The notes: generated by a model not told the origin, from the sequence alone. A stretch of DNA of 64,000 bases from Candidatus Uhrbacteria bacterium (GCA_903848275.1 CAINGB010000001.1:1175-65174); one strand, 5' to 3'. Positions 39,197-49,754 are shown, numbered from the stretch's first letter. Program-made: numbers and translations.

Positions 39197-40548
39197 TCGA
39201 CTCTCGTAATATTTAAAATGCGATCCCGAATAGTGATCGCATTTTGTAGATCCTCGAGAACTTCACGTTTTTCATCACGAGTGCCGTGGGTCAAAATGTG
39301 TTTGGCAAACTTTCGGATGCTGATTTCTTTTTCCTTTGGCTTGGCTATTTTTTCTCCAAGCACCTCTTCCGCGAAAGCCTTATAGCGATCCAGTTCACTT
39401 TCAATCCGCTTCTTAGCTCCGATCTGACCGATATCTATCTCATCAATTATTTTTAAGAGTTGATCAAGGACATCTTTTTCTCGCATTGGTTGTTCCGTAC
39501 ATTCTCGTCCACTTGATTTACCACATCGGTAGTAAACATACCGATGAACATTCCCGTTACCCTTATTTCGTTTGATCTTCTCTTCAGCCGTAATGCCCGA
39601 TCCACAAGCACCGCATTTAAACATCTTCGTGAACTGAAATTCCTTTTCTCCATAGATTGGCCTATCCGGCACGGAAAGCTGATTCTGTACTCGATCAAAC
39701 AGCTCTTGAGTGATCAACGGCTCATGTGCGCCTTTGTACCATTTGCCGCTACCGGCTGGAGCTTCGAATGATCCGTAATAAAATGGGTTCTTCAATATTT
39801 TATACACGCTGCTCAGCGTTACATTTTTCCCCGTACGAGTCTTGAAATTGATCTCTTTGAGGTAGGTGAAGATTGCTCGCCCCGTCGCTTGCTGATGCCC
39901 CACCATTTCGAATACTTTTTTGATGACCGGCGCACGTTCTTCGTCGATGAATATCCTATTTTGCCCTCGATTGATTGAACGCTCATTAAGGTAGCCGAGC
40001 GGAGGCAAGCCAGGTCGCCAACCCATCTCTACTTTATTCTTCAAGCCGCGTTTGACGTTGATCCCTCTGTTATCGTTTTCCAGTTTTGCCTGACTGCCAA
40101 GGATCATGAGTAGGAACTTTTCATTTGGTGAATTAGTGAACTTCTGTGAATGCGTGCGGATGCCGTGGAGCCTCCCTTTATCCATAAGATCGACGAGCAT
40201 GCCAAGGTCGCCAGCATTACGGCTCAATCGATCTGGTGCCCAAGTGAGGATCGCATTGAACATTCCTTGGTCAATATCCGTCATGAGTCGGTTAAACTCT
40301 GGTCGTTCTCCGGATGCTTTTGCTGAATGACTCTCCCGTCGAATCTCGGTAACGTTCATGCCTTCACGGACTGCCAGTTCTTGCATCTCGTGAATCTGTG
40401 AGTCGATGGACAATGCTTGACGTTCGTCGTCTTCTGAACTTTTTCTCGCATATAGGCAATAACGGAGGTCAACGATGACCTCGCCTTTACCAACGTTATT
40501 TGCTCTGTTTTCTGCCAGCAGTGTTGGACTCGAAAGTTGTTGATTCAT
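39193..40548 (-). CDS. Large serine recombinase
   Basis: YARKSS, DRLSRN, PLGY, NPFYYG, HEPLI, CGACG zinc ribbon. Confidence 0.93.
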   Translation of the reverse strand: MNQQLSSPTLLAENRANNVGKGEVIVDLRYCLYARKSSEDDERQALSIDSQIHEMQELAVREGMNVTEIRRESHSAKASGERPEFNRLMTDIDQGMFNAILTWAPDRLSRNAGDLGMLVDLMDKGRLHGIRTHSQKFTNSPNEKFLLMILGSQAKLENDNRGINVKRGLKNKVEMGWRPGLPPLGYLNERSINRGQNRIFIDEERAPVIKKVFEMVGHQQATGRAIFTYLKEINFKTRTGKNVTLSSVYKILKNPFYYGSFEAPAGSGKWYKGAHEPLITQELFDRVQNQLSVPDRPIYGEKEFQFTKMFKCGACGSGITAEEKIKRNKGNGNVHRYVYYRCGKSSGRECTEQPMREKDVLDQLLKIIDEIDIGQIGAKKRIESELDRYKAFAEEVLGEKIAKPKEKEISIRKFAKHILTHGTRDEKREVLEDLQNAITIRDRILNITRVD

Positions 40549-40709
40549 ATGGACTTGATACGTGGTGTTTATGCCCGCCTTCCTCTAGGCAAGGACATTA
40601 ATGCCACGTCTGTCCGGGGTGTCTAGGCCTGTGAACTGTTGGTAACTTCCGACCGGAGTGGCTGCGATACGGCGGTCAATATTAAACAGCCGACATGCGG
40701 GTCAGACGG

Positions 40710-41171
40710 CTAGAAGAAACGCTTCGGTAATGAGATTCCGCCTAATGGTTTCGCTCTCGTGCCGATAACGAGACCATTCATCGCTACCTTGATTGCACGA
40801 CCCCCACTCGCCTGAAACGCGACTTCTTTTTGTTTTAGCAGTAATGCGTCAATGAACATGGTGACTCTTGGATCGCTCGCAATGGCAAACGGATTGTTTC
40901 GATCGATCACGCCGAGGTCGCCCCACTCCTCGTCGTTGGGATACGTCACCCAATTATTGTCGAGTTCGTGCATGATCGCCTTCAGATTCAGCCGTCGATT
41001 AGCCGACGTGATTATCACGATAAATCCTCCATTACCTCTAAACAGTGTTAGTTCGAGTAATGCTTCCTCGGAAACGCCTACTTTCTTTGCGATATCTCTT
41101 GAAGCCGTTGCGGCTCCTTTTGGGAGCTGAAATACCTCTAAATTGACCGTTAGTTCGAGTGGATATTCCAT
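40710..41171 (-). CDS. YbaK/aminoacyl-tRNA-deacylase-like protein (divergent)
   Basis: Size and pattern (TASRDIAKKVGV, NPFA, FIDALL); weak. Confidence 0.45.
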   Translation of the reverse strand: MEYPLELTVNLEVFQLPKGAATASRDIAKKVGVSEEALLELTLFRGNGGFIVIITSANRRLNLKAIMHELDNNWVTYPNDEEWGDLGVIDRNNPFAIASDPRVTMFIDALLLKQKEVAFQASGGRAIKVAMNGLVIGTRAKPLGGISLPKRFF

Positions 41172-41485
41172 AGTTCTATCAACATCAATGCCACAACGGT
41201 GGGGGTTGTCTAGTCCCTGAAAACCCTTGAAAAGTCGACCTTCTCTAAAGGGTAAGGAAGGACATTTAAGCCAATAAAAACGACTTTACTTCCGGGTGTT
41301 TGTAAGCTATGCTTTGGCAGTCTTAGGTTCAACCCACGCAAGGGTCATTTTGGCCATTTCCGAATAGCGCGCAAAGAGCGGCATCCGGTAAAACAATCGA
41401 CTGCACTATTCGGTGCATAGGTTGGGCCTAAGACACCCCGGATGTCGCTTATGTTTAAAGCGATCCGGTTGTCTTAACCCTCGCT

Positions 41486-43648
41486 ATGAACATCACTGCT
41501 AGACCCTGTCGGATGCGCGACGTGATCGCCAGCGACAGTTACTACTCAATTCCAGATTACCAACGCCCTTACGAATGGACGGCGGAAAATGTGGAAGACT
41601 TTTGGACGGATTTGACGAAGGCCTTTGAGCACAAAGAAGACGGATACTTTTTAGATAAGCTCATCCTGGTCAATCGCGGAGACGGCAAGGACTTCGAGGT
41701 GGTCGACGGACGACAGCGTCTGACGACGACCATGATTCTCCTCGCGGTACTCCGTGATTTTTTCTTTGAGCATGATTTGCCGGAACGTGCCGACGAGATT
41801 CAGAACACCTGCATCAAGCGTGGAAAGTATCGGCTGCAAGTTCGACCAGAAGAGCGTGCCTCATTCGAGGATCGTATCCTGAAGTCCGTCGGCATTTTGA
41901 AAGACGTCGCCAAGAGCAACCTGCCAGAAACATTCAAGATGGCCGTCACGCTTCTCAATCAATTCATTGAGGAAAAATCCGAAGAGCTAAAATCGAAAAA
42001 TGCCGAAATCGACATCGTTATTTATCTCGACGAGTTCTACCATTTCCTTCTCGACGAAGTAGTGTTGATTGTGATGACGACGGACTCGGTTTCTTCAGCC
42101 TTTACCATCTTCGAAGCGATCAACACTCGCGGCAAGGACTTGGAGACAAAAGACCTTTTGAAGAACCTGCTTATTCGCCGCATTGAGGAAGAAGTGACGC
42201 GCCACAATGCCGAATATCCGACGGCGCAGAAGTCTTTCGACGACGAGAAGCGACGCTTCTTGGACACATGGCTGGAGATCGGAAAAGTAAAAGTTCCGAC
42301 CGACGAATTATTGCGCCATCATCGTATTGCCGTCGTCGGCGACCGTTCACGCAAAGATTTGTTCCGCGAGATTTCCGAAGACATCAAGGACGCCAACGCA
42401 ACCACCGAGGCGTTCATGGATAACTGGAAGCGTTCGGTCGATGCGTTCGTCGAGCTCAAGGCCGGTACGTGGCATGGCGAGGCACTGAACGGATCGGCGC
42501 AAAAGGCACTGCTCCTTCTTTGGAACATCGGTCATGGTTATTGGATTCCAGTACTCATTTCCGCCTGGCGTGATGGCATCGACCGTGAAAAAGCTCAGAC
42601 GTTGATCGAAGGGCTTGAACGCTTTTGTGGCCTTTCGTTCGTGGCTGGCCACACCTCGCGCGGCGTCCTTTCAACGCTCCTCGCATCCGTGCGCGACCTC
42701 AACAACAAACAGTCTGTGGAGAACGTTCTCGCCCGCATCGAAGCATTTCTTCGCAAGAACCGCGTCTTCCGCGATGCGACCGAGAACCTACGGAGCGATG
42801 TGTATCACGCGAGCTGGGGGAAATATGCCTTGGCCAAGTATGAGTACACGCTTTTGGATGATTCCATCATTCGCGAGATTCCGTTTTCGCGAACGGTTCA
42901 GCTGGAGCACATCCTGCCGCAGACGATGACCGATCCCGCATGGACGGCGTTGTTTACCGAAACCGAGCATGACGAGCTGGTGAACACGCTCGGTAACGTA
43001 ACACTTCTTGCCGGAAGCATGAGCGAGGGGCGAAAGTCCAAAAACCAATCTGCTTCGAACAAGCCGTTCGCCGACAAGGTAAAAATCTATCGTGGTGAGA
43101 CGAACAAGGACGGGCTAACCGCCTTCCGAATGACGCAAGAAGTCGCGGAGTACGAATCCTGGACACCAAACGTCATTCGCGAGCGAACGGAGATCGTTCT
43201 TTCAACACTTGTTGGCGCATGGGACGTCACCGCCGAGGATATGGACAGCCAACCCGAGATCGTCACGTCTGATTCTGTCAGGCCAGTTGATACAGAAATT
43301 CTTACGAGCGACGATATCCGCTTCCGTCTTGAAGAAACGCTTGGACGCGAGAGTGATCTTACTCCACGCCTCATCGTTTTCCTCAAGGTTCTTCTCTCCG
43401 AAGGTCGTAGCTTTACCCAAGAGGAGCTTCGCGCTAATCTGTACGACAATGGAATCGGCACTGACCTCGGCCAGGCGGGGCGATATTTGAGCAATATTTC
43501 TCAATTCGTCACCAACGTGAACAACGCCCATCTTCGAGCCATCATTGCCTACGACCTCGAACACGATCGCCCAGGCGCACGAAAGGATAACTACCGGATC
43601 CGCAACGAATATCGAGACCTCGTTCGTGACGCGCTCGCCAAACTTTAA
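41486..43648 (+). CDS. GmrSD-like DUF262 + DUF1524 (HNH) protein with C-terminal extension
   Basis: IPDYQRPYEW, VDGRQRLTT, FEAINTRG, LEHILPQ, LGNVTLL. Confidence 0.88.
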   Translation: MNITARPCRMRDVIASDSYYSIPDYQRPYEWTAENVEDFWTDLTKAFEHKEDGYFLDKLILVNRGDGKDFEVVDGRQRLTTTMILLAVLRDFFFEHDLPERADEIQNTCIKRGKYRLQVRPEERASFEDRILKSVGILKDVAKSNLPETFKMAVTLLNQFIEEKSEELKSKNAEIDIVIYLDEFYHFLLDEVVLIVMTTDSVSSAFTIFEAINTRGKDLETKDLLKNLLIRRIEEEVTRHNAEYPTAQKSFDDEKRRFLDTWLEIGKVKVPTDELLRHHRIAVVGDRSRKDLFREISEDIKDANATTEAFMDNWKRSVDAFVELKAGTWHGEALNGSAQKALLLLWNIGHGYWIPVLISAWRDGIDREKAQTLIEGLERFCGLSFVAGHTSRGVLSTLLASVRDLNNKQSVENVLARIEAFLRKNRVFRDATENLRSDVYHASWGKYALAKYEYTLLDDSIIREIPFSRTVQLEHILPQTMTDPAWTALFTETEHDELVNTLGNVTLLAGSMSEGRKSKNQSASNKPFADKVKIYRGETNKDGLTAFRMTQEVAEYESWTPNVIRERTEIVLSTLVGAWDVTAEDMDSQPEIVTSDSVRPVDTEILTSDDIRFRLEETLGRESDLTPRLIVFLKVLLSEGRSFTQEELRANLYDNGIGTDLGQAGRYLSNISQFVTNVNNAHLRAIIAYDLEHDRPGARKDNYRIRNEYRDLVRDALAKL

Positions 43649-43657
43649 CCTTCTTCT

Positions 43658-45130
43658 ATGCTTTCCAAGTCGAACTTCATGCAATTCCTTCGTTGCTCTT
43701 GCGAGCTATGGCTCACGAAGCAGCGACCGGATCTCGTACCTCCAACGGATCCCGCGCTTCAGCGCATCTTCGACGAGGGGAACATTGTCGACAAATGGGC
43801 GCAGAAGCTCTTCCCAGGCGGCGTGGACGTTGATGGATTCGGAAAGCCTGCCGCTGAGAACACGAGGAAGGCGATCGCGAACGGTGCGACCGTCCTGCTT
43901 CAGCCGACATTTATGACTGCGAAGCTTTCTTGCCGTGGCGACATCCTGACGAAAAATGCCGACGGATCGTGGGATATTTACGAGGTGAAGAGTTCGACGG
44001 ACGTGAAGGAGGAACATATTACCGACGTCGCTTTCCAGCGTATCTGCATCGAGGAAGCTGGCATTCGCATTTCGCGCACGTTCCTCGTTCACATCAACAA
44101 CCAATACGTTCGTAATGGCGAGATTGACCCCGAGCAACTATTCACCAAAGTCGACATCACGCGCGAAGTCGAGAATGTGATGCCGATGGCAAAGAAAGAA
44201 ATTCCCCGCGCCCTTGCTGTCCTCGATTGGGACAAGGTACCAGGACTCCTACACGTCATGTCCTGCAACGATCCTGCCGAGTGTGAATTCCTTTCTTGTT
44301 ATTTCAACCAGTTCAGAAGTGCCGACATTTATTCCATCGCCTCGTCTCTTCCGAAAGAGAAGCTTGTCGCGTTCCTTGAACGAGGTTTTATCACACCAGA
44401 ACAGGTTCCAGTTGATCTCATGGCCGAGCTTGGGGACATCAAGCTACCGGACGCAAAGGCTGAACCAACGCTCTTCGTAGACAAGGACACTATCAAATCC
44501 GAACTCGACGGACTCGTGTACCCGCTCTACTTTTTGGATTACGAAACGCAGCACTCCGCGGTGCCGGCGTTCGATGGTTACCGACCGTACCAGCAGATGG
44601 TTTTTCAGTATTCCGTTCACGTCGTGCGTGAACCTGGAGCCGAGCCGGAACACTACGAATTCCTCGCCGATGAACCAAAAGACCCCGCATCGATGGTTGC
44701 GGAGTCTCTCAAGAAGCACATTGGCGACACTGGAAGCATTATCGTGTGGAACGCTCGGTTCGAAGCATCCCGCAATGCGGAGATCGGCGAGCACCTGCCC
44801 GAGTTTGCAGACTTCATGGCGAACATCAACAACCGTATTTACGATCTGATGATGATCGTAAAGAAGGGCTACTACGTCGACTCACGTTTCGGTGGAAGCG
44901 CGTCGATCAAGAAGGTATTACCAGTCATGTGTCCCGAGCTTTCGTATAACGATCTCGCCATCCACGAGGGTGGCACGGCATCCGCGAGCTGGGCTACGCT
45001 CACGAACGCCGCGATTCCCGTCGAAGATCGAGAACAATTGCGCAAGGAAATGTTGGCGTATTGTTCGCTTGATACCTTCGCGATGCTGGCAATCCATCGA
45101 AAGTTTCTGGAGGTCGTTCGACCGTCTTAG
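43658..45130 (+). CDS. DUF2779-domain protein (N-terminal PD-(D/E)XK nuclease, C-terminal RNase H-like domain)
   Basis: LSKSNF, DIL...IYEVKSST, D.AFQ, YFLDYET, SIKKVLP, YCSLDT. Confidence 0.85.
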   Translation: MLSKSNFMQFLRCSCELWLTKQRPDLVPPTDPALQRIFDEGNIVDKWAQKLFPGGVDVDGFGKPAAENTRKAIANGATVLLQPTFMTAKLSCRGDILTKNADGSWDIYEVKSSTDVKEEHITDVAFQRICIEEAGIRISRTFLVHINNQYVRNGEIDPEQLFTKVDITREVENVMPMAKKEIPRALAVLDWDKVPGLLHVMSCNDPAECEFLSCYFNQFRSADIYSIASSLPKEKLVAFLERGFITPEQVPVDLMAELGDIKLPDAKAEPTLFVDKDTIKSELDGLVYPLYFLDYETQHSAVPAFDGYRPYQQMVFQYSVHVVREPGAEPEHYEFLADEPKDPASMVAESLKKHIGDTGSIIVWNARFEASRNAEIGEHLPEFADFMANINNRIYDLMMIVKKGYYVDSRFGGSASIKKVLPVMCPELSYNDLAIHEGGTASASWATLTNAAIPVEDREQLRKEMLAYCSLDTFAMLAIHRKFLEVVRPS

Positions 45131-46749
45131 CGGTCGTAGAGATTGCTCTCGGGAATACCCATCTTCCGACGATTTTCGATCCGCGCCTCTTCTGCCCTAT
45201 CAATCTCCTCAGCCAACTTCCGTTCGTCTTCCATTTCTTTTTCAAACTTTTCTTCATCGATCTCAATGAGATCAATACGCCTCATGTTGCCGACACCCAT
45301 ACCGATGTGGCTCGAGCGTGTTTTCTCGATCAGATAGTTCATGCCGAGAGAGAAGGCGTCACAAAGATCGTCGTGTTCGCCGGGTCCGAAGTTCACGAGC
45401 TGTTCGATGAGCTTCTCAGCGCCAACGCGAGGAAATACTACTTCCCCCTGGACGACATACGATGCTGGAATCTCAAGACGTTCACGCTTATTCATGCCGT
45501 GAAGTGCCACCATTCGTGCACGACATCCCTCTTGTCTCAATTCAGCGGCGACACGTTCCTGAAAACTTACGTCCTCAATGAGCACCTCTGCGTCACGGAT
45601 TTCCTTGAGCGCGTCCCTCTTTGTGATGATCGTGCTTACCGACTCGCTGACCTTCATATGTTTGTTGACGACGCCGGGCAATACGTAAAACTTGCGGTTC
45701 CTGCCACCACCATATACAGCGATCGTCACAAGTGCTGCATAGTCGGCAGTAGACTTATCTGAGACGGCAAGATCAGTGCCAATGACCAGATGACGGCATG
45801 TGAGGTCTTTCGGCAGCGCGTCATAGTACTGAAACTCCTCGCGCCGCAAGAGCTGAGTTTCATCGTCGACAATGCGGAGCATGAACTCGCGTTGCCAAGC
45901 GGATTCATTTGGAACGCTGCGGTGGAACTGCTCAACGGTTGCCTTGTCTATAAAACGCTCTGGCCAGGTAGGGTCACCGTTATCGTCGACGATCGGGACG
46001 CGAACGAACGTTCCATCAATGCGCTTTTCCTCGATGGCATTGCGGAGACGCTGTAGGATGCAGTCGGCATTCACCAAATTTCCAACATAGACGAACTGTG
46101 TGCGCTGATCTCCGCATGGAATGACCTCGCTCGTATACCAATCATAATTCGCATCGCGTGCGTCCTGCCCCCGTGTTGAGTCGATGTTTTCAACGTCGTC
46201 GCAGATTACCAAGTCTGGGCGATTCTGAAGGTGACGCAAACCACGGATGCCTTGCTCGCGCGAGAGGGCAATAATCTTTGCCCCGTACTGCTTGATAACA
46301 ATGGCACCCGCGTTCCATTCCTCATCCTGTTCTTCAAACGGTCCCAAATCTGATAAAAGCAATGGATTAGTGGACAGCTCCTCCTTGATGTTGGTCAGGT
46401 ATTGGCGCGCCTGTTTCTGAGTTTGGCCAATGATGAGAATGCACTTTTTCTGTGGCATCCCTACCACCGACCAGATCGGAAGCGAAAGGGATAAGATGGT
46501 CGACTTCCCCGACCCACGGAACGCAAGGGCTACCAAGAACTTCTGTTTGATGTTTTCAGTTTGTGCGAAGAGATACTGATGGAAGGCAGCGAATGGGCTG
46601 GTAAAGTAGTGGCCGAAGTACACACGCGCAAACATCTCGTGACTATTCTTTACCACCGTCGTTCGGACTGATTGGTTCGTCTGCATGAGCTGGATCATCT
46701 GATCCAACGCTATCGGATTCTGATTCGGGTCTGGCTGTTGTTTCGGCAT
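45127..46749 (-). CDS. Phage terminase large subunit
   Basis: AFRGSGKST, IRG, LVICDD, GTDLA, HDDLCDA. Confidence 0.88.
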   Translation of the reverse strand: MPKQQPDPNQNPIALDQMIQLMQTNQSVRTTVVKNSHEMFARVYFGHYFTSPFAAFHQYLFAQTENIKQKFLVALAFRGSGKSTILSLSLPIWSVVGMPQKKCILIIGQTQKQARQYLTNIKEELSTNPLLLSDLGPFEEQDEEWNAGAIVIKQYGAKIIALSREQGIRGLRHLQNRPDLVICDDVENIDSTRGQDARDANYDWYTSEVIPCGDQRTQFVYVGNLVNADCILQRLRNAIEEKRIDGTFVRVPIVDDNGDPTWPERFIDKATVEQFHRSVPNESAWQREFMLRIVDDETQLLRREEFQYYDALPKDLTCRHLVIGTDLAVSDKSTADYAALVTIAVYGGGRNRKFYVLPGVVNKHMKVSESVSTIITKRDALKEIRDAEVLIEDVSFQERVAAELRQEGCRARMVALHGMNKRERLEIPASYVVQGEVVFPRVGAEKLIEQLVNFGPGEHDDLCDAFSLGMNYLIEKTRSSHIGMGVGNMRRIDLIEIDEEKFEKEMEDERKLAEEIDRAEEARIENRRKMGIPESNLYDR

Positions 46750-47191
46750 AGGAAATTGGAGATTGAATAAGAGTAGCCTTGTGAGTGGCGAGCATCTGCA
46801 TAAAGTCAGTGGTTAATGCTGTCGCCTCAGGTGACATTTCTGGCGGCTTAACGGTGACCGCGGCATCGATACGCAGTTTGTCCGCGTAGGCCTTGTGTCG
46901 GTTGCGAAGCCAGAACGCGATGGCCGGATAGTTTTGATCCTTGATAAGCGTGATGAGCTGGCTCTCGGCCATGTCGTTGATGAACGCCGTGCCTTCGCGA
47001 ATCGCTTCTTCTGTTTCCGATGCGAATGTCACATCCTCGTCTACCCATCGGTAGTAGGTCGCCCGTGCCACGCCGTTTTTCTCACATGCAACTTGGATGA
47101 TAGGAATTTTCCGGAGCTGATCGACGATGAGCTTCTTTTGTTCTTGTTGACGTTGGTCGATCAATTTACTGTCGCGTTTATTCTTGGGCAT
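46643..47191 (-). CDS. HTH protein, probable terminase small subunit
   Basis: ACEKNGVARATYYRW...D.AESQL...AIAFWL; lies directly upstream of the terminase large subunit. Confidence 0.7.
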   Translation of the reverse strand: MPKNKRDSKLIDQRQQEQKKLIVDQLRKIPIIQVACEKNGVARATYYRWVDEDVTFASETEEAIREGTAFINDMAESQLITLIKDQNYPAIAFWLRNRHKAYADKLRIDAAVTVKPPEMSPEATALTTDFMQMLATHKATLIQSPISYAETTARPESESDSVGSDDPAHADEPISPNDGGKE

Positions 47192-47972
47192 ACGTTGCGA
47201 TCTTAACGGCCTTGATGCCGGTTTTCTTTTCGAACCTGTCGATCACCGTCATGATGTACTCGGGATCGATCTCGACTCCATAGCATCGACGTTTCGTATC
47301 TTCTGCCGCTATCAAAGTTGACCCACTACCGAGATACCCATCGAATATAACGTCCCCGATGGTGGAACTATTCAAGATGATTCTGCGGAGCAATCCGACA
47401 GGTTTCATCGAGGGATGAAGGCCGCTCTTGCTCGGCTTTGGATAGAATAAAATCGATTTGTCCTTACTCTTCATGAACTTGTGCGTGCCGAGCCAGCCGT
47501 ACGCAAGAAGCTCGTGTTGCGGTAAATAGTCCAATCGACCGACCACCGCGTGGTTCTTGATCCAGATGATCAATTGGGCGAACTTGTATCCCTCCTCAAG
47601 CATCGCGTCGCGTAACGCGAAGATCATCTTGTCTGCATTGAAAATGTAGCAGGAGTTCTTCTTGGCAAAGTACGGCACGAGCGCCCCGAGCCACGCCTTG
47701 CTGAACGCCTTGTACTCGGCATCGGTCTGAATGTGGTCATTGATAATGTCACGGTCGTTGCCGAGCTTCTGCTTGAAACCGCGTTTCGATGCGGTTGCAT
47801 CTACAGAATACGGGGGATCACAGAGCAGCAGGCCGATCTTCTCAGTGCCGATTAACTTCTTGAGGAGCCCGACGTCAGACGAACTGCCACACGCGATGCG
47901 GTGCACTCCCAACTGGTAAATTTCCCCTGGCTTAACGGATGAGTTTCGGCTTGATGCCGGTGAGTTTTTCAT
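47178..47972 (-). CDS. N4/N6 DNA methyltransferase
   Basis: DPPY, HPSMKP, DGYLGSGST. Confidence 0.92.
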   Translation of the reverse strand: MKNSPASSRNSSVKPGEIYQLGVHRIACGSSSDVGLLKKLIGTEKIGLLLCDPPYSVDATASKRGFKQKLGNDRDIINDHIQTDAEYKAFSKAWLGALVPYFAKKNSCYIFNADKMIFALRDAMLEEGYKFAQLIIWIKNHAVVGRLDYLPQHELLAYGWLGTHKFMKSKDKSILFYPKPSKSGLHPSMKPVGLLRRIILNSSTIGDVIFDGYLGSGSTLIAAEDTKRRCYGVEIDPEYIMTVIDRFEKKTGIKAVKIATYAQE

Positions 47973-49242
47973 AACGATTTAAGATTACTTGGCAAAAGAT
48001 TGGTTCTTGCTCACAGAGGAATGCACGCCTACGCAGTTGATCAGCACTAATGAGGAAACTTCCACTACCACCAAAGAGATCGAGTACTGCATCATTGATC
48101 TTGGTACATCGGCGCAACGCCTTCTCATGTAATGTTGGATTTTTAGAAGTTGGGTGTTCATACTCCTGCGCCGGAAGACGCTTCACCAACCAAATCTGCA
48201 GTTGATCCATCACGTCATCGATCAGACGATTGCCTGTGCCGATCTCCTTGTTCATGATTTCATTCAGGTTCGTAATCGTTGGAGCAAGAAATGGCTTACC
48301 ACGGGTGGCATATGTTGCCATCTCGATACATTTGTTGAAGGCAACTCCAGCGGTTGGTGTTGCATTATCTTTGACCCAAATGCATACACGTCGGTTTGTG
48401 AGGCCGAGATCCGTGAAGAGACTCTGGATGACACCGACCATGCATTCGTCCGACCAGTAAAAGACATGGCAGTCTGGCTTCGCCACAGCGAGCGCATTTT
48501 CCATCGTCTTCTTGAGGAACGCCCGATACTCCTCCGGCTTCCACGAATCGTTGGTCATGAGCCCGCCGTACTTGCCAGGCTTGCAACTCACGCCGCGGTC
48601 ATAGGAAAGGCCGATGTCGAAAGGAGGGTCACAATCGATCATGGAGATCGTCTCTTTGCCAACGAGCCGCTGGACGTTTTCAAGCTTGGTTGAATCGCCG
48701 CAAAGGAGCTTGTGTGCTCCAAGCGCATACAGGTCGCCAGTCTTCACCGTTGTCGTCTTCACTTCCTCGACCGCCTGTTCGAGGTCGAAGCCGTCGTCTT
48801 CCGTCGCGAGCGAGTCGCCCCAGAGCGCCGTGAGATCCGTGTCGTCGAAACCGACGTCGAGGAGCATGTCGATGTCGAATGCCTTCAACAAGTCCATATC
48901 GAACGAGCCGGAATTTTTGTTGAGGCGTAAATTAAGTTCGCGTTCACGTTTGATGTCCGTGATGTGAAGGAAGACGACAGGAACTTCCGTGATGCCAAGA
49001 TCCTTGGCGCACTGGAGACGGAAGTGACCTCCTACGAGCACTCCTTCGCGTCCCTTTGCGGAGTTCGCGATGAGCGGGTCGACGAACCCGAAGCGGCGGA
49101 TGCTCTCGCGGAGCTTTTCTGCCGCCGCGTCGTCCCAAACGCGAGGATTGTACTCGCTTGCGCGTAACGTATCTGTGGGAACCATGACGATCTTCAGATC
49201 GTTTGCGGCCTTCTTTGGCCGCACTAAACTAGCCTTTGCCAT
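47932..49242 (-). CDS. ParB-like domain + N4/N6 DNA methyltransferase
   Basis: YNPR, GFVDP, GGHFR; DPPF, HPTSK, DLFGGSGS. Confidence 0.9.
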   Translation of the reverse strand: MAKASLVRPKKAANDLKIVMVPTDTLRASEYNPRVWDDAAAEKLRESIRRFGFVDPLIANSAKGREGVLVGGHFRLQCAKDLGITEVPVVFLHITDIKRERELNLRLNKNSGSFDMDLLKAFDIDMLLDVGFDDTDLTALWGDSLATEDDGFDLEQAVEEVKTTTVKTGDLYALGAHKLLCGDSTKLENVQRLVGKETISMIDCDPPFDIGLSYDRGVSCKPGKYGGLMTNDSWKPEEYRAFLKKTMENALAVAKPDCHVFYWSDECMVGVIQSLFTDLGLTNRRVCIWVKDNATPTAGVAFNKCIEMATYATRGKPFLAPTITNLNEIMNKEIGTGNRLIDDVMDQLQIWLVKRLPAQEYEHPTSKNPTLHEKALRRCTKINDAVLDLFGGSGSFLISADQLRRRAFLCEQEPIFCQVILNRYEKLTGIKPKLIR

Positions 49243-49721
49243 ATGGTGAAAGGTGAGATGAATAAGTTTGCGTAACTTTTTATCGAAGGACTCGGTACCG
49301 TTGCCCTGATCGACCACGCTCTTGGCGGCGAAAGGGGGAAAGGTCGTGCCGCCGAAGAGCGGATTTTATGAATGGGTGTAATTTTCTATCATTGGAAACT
49401 GGCTATGATGCCGTGATGGTTATGGTGAGTTAAGAGGTTCGTGGTGGGTGCGATTCCACCGGATCTGCATTCGGAAATGGGCCTATTTCCCAATGTGACC
49501 TTGCGCCGCCCGAAGGCGATCTAGCGTGTCTAAACAGTAGCATGTCCCAATGCCTTAATCAAGGCATTAAATCGCTAAGGTTAGCAAAAAGTAGACAAAG
49601 TATACAAAGTAGAAAAAGTCGCCTTCGCCGTGTCGCCAAAGATAGCCAAGAAATCGTATTTTACTATATAGCGTATATTTCTTTACAGCTTTCAATAAGC
49701 ATGCTAGGGTGGTGAAAAGAG

Positions 49722-49739
49722 TGAGACGAAAACGTCTCA
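49722..49739. promoter_or_regulatory. Palindromic operator candidate TGAGACG-N4-CGTCTCA
   Basis: 15 bp upstream of the LexA-like start codon; abuts TGTGGATAA (DnaA-box match). Confidence 0.6.
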
Positions 49740-49754
49740 TGTGGATAACTTTCT

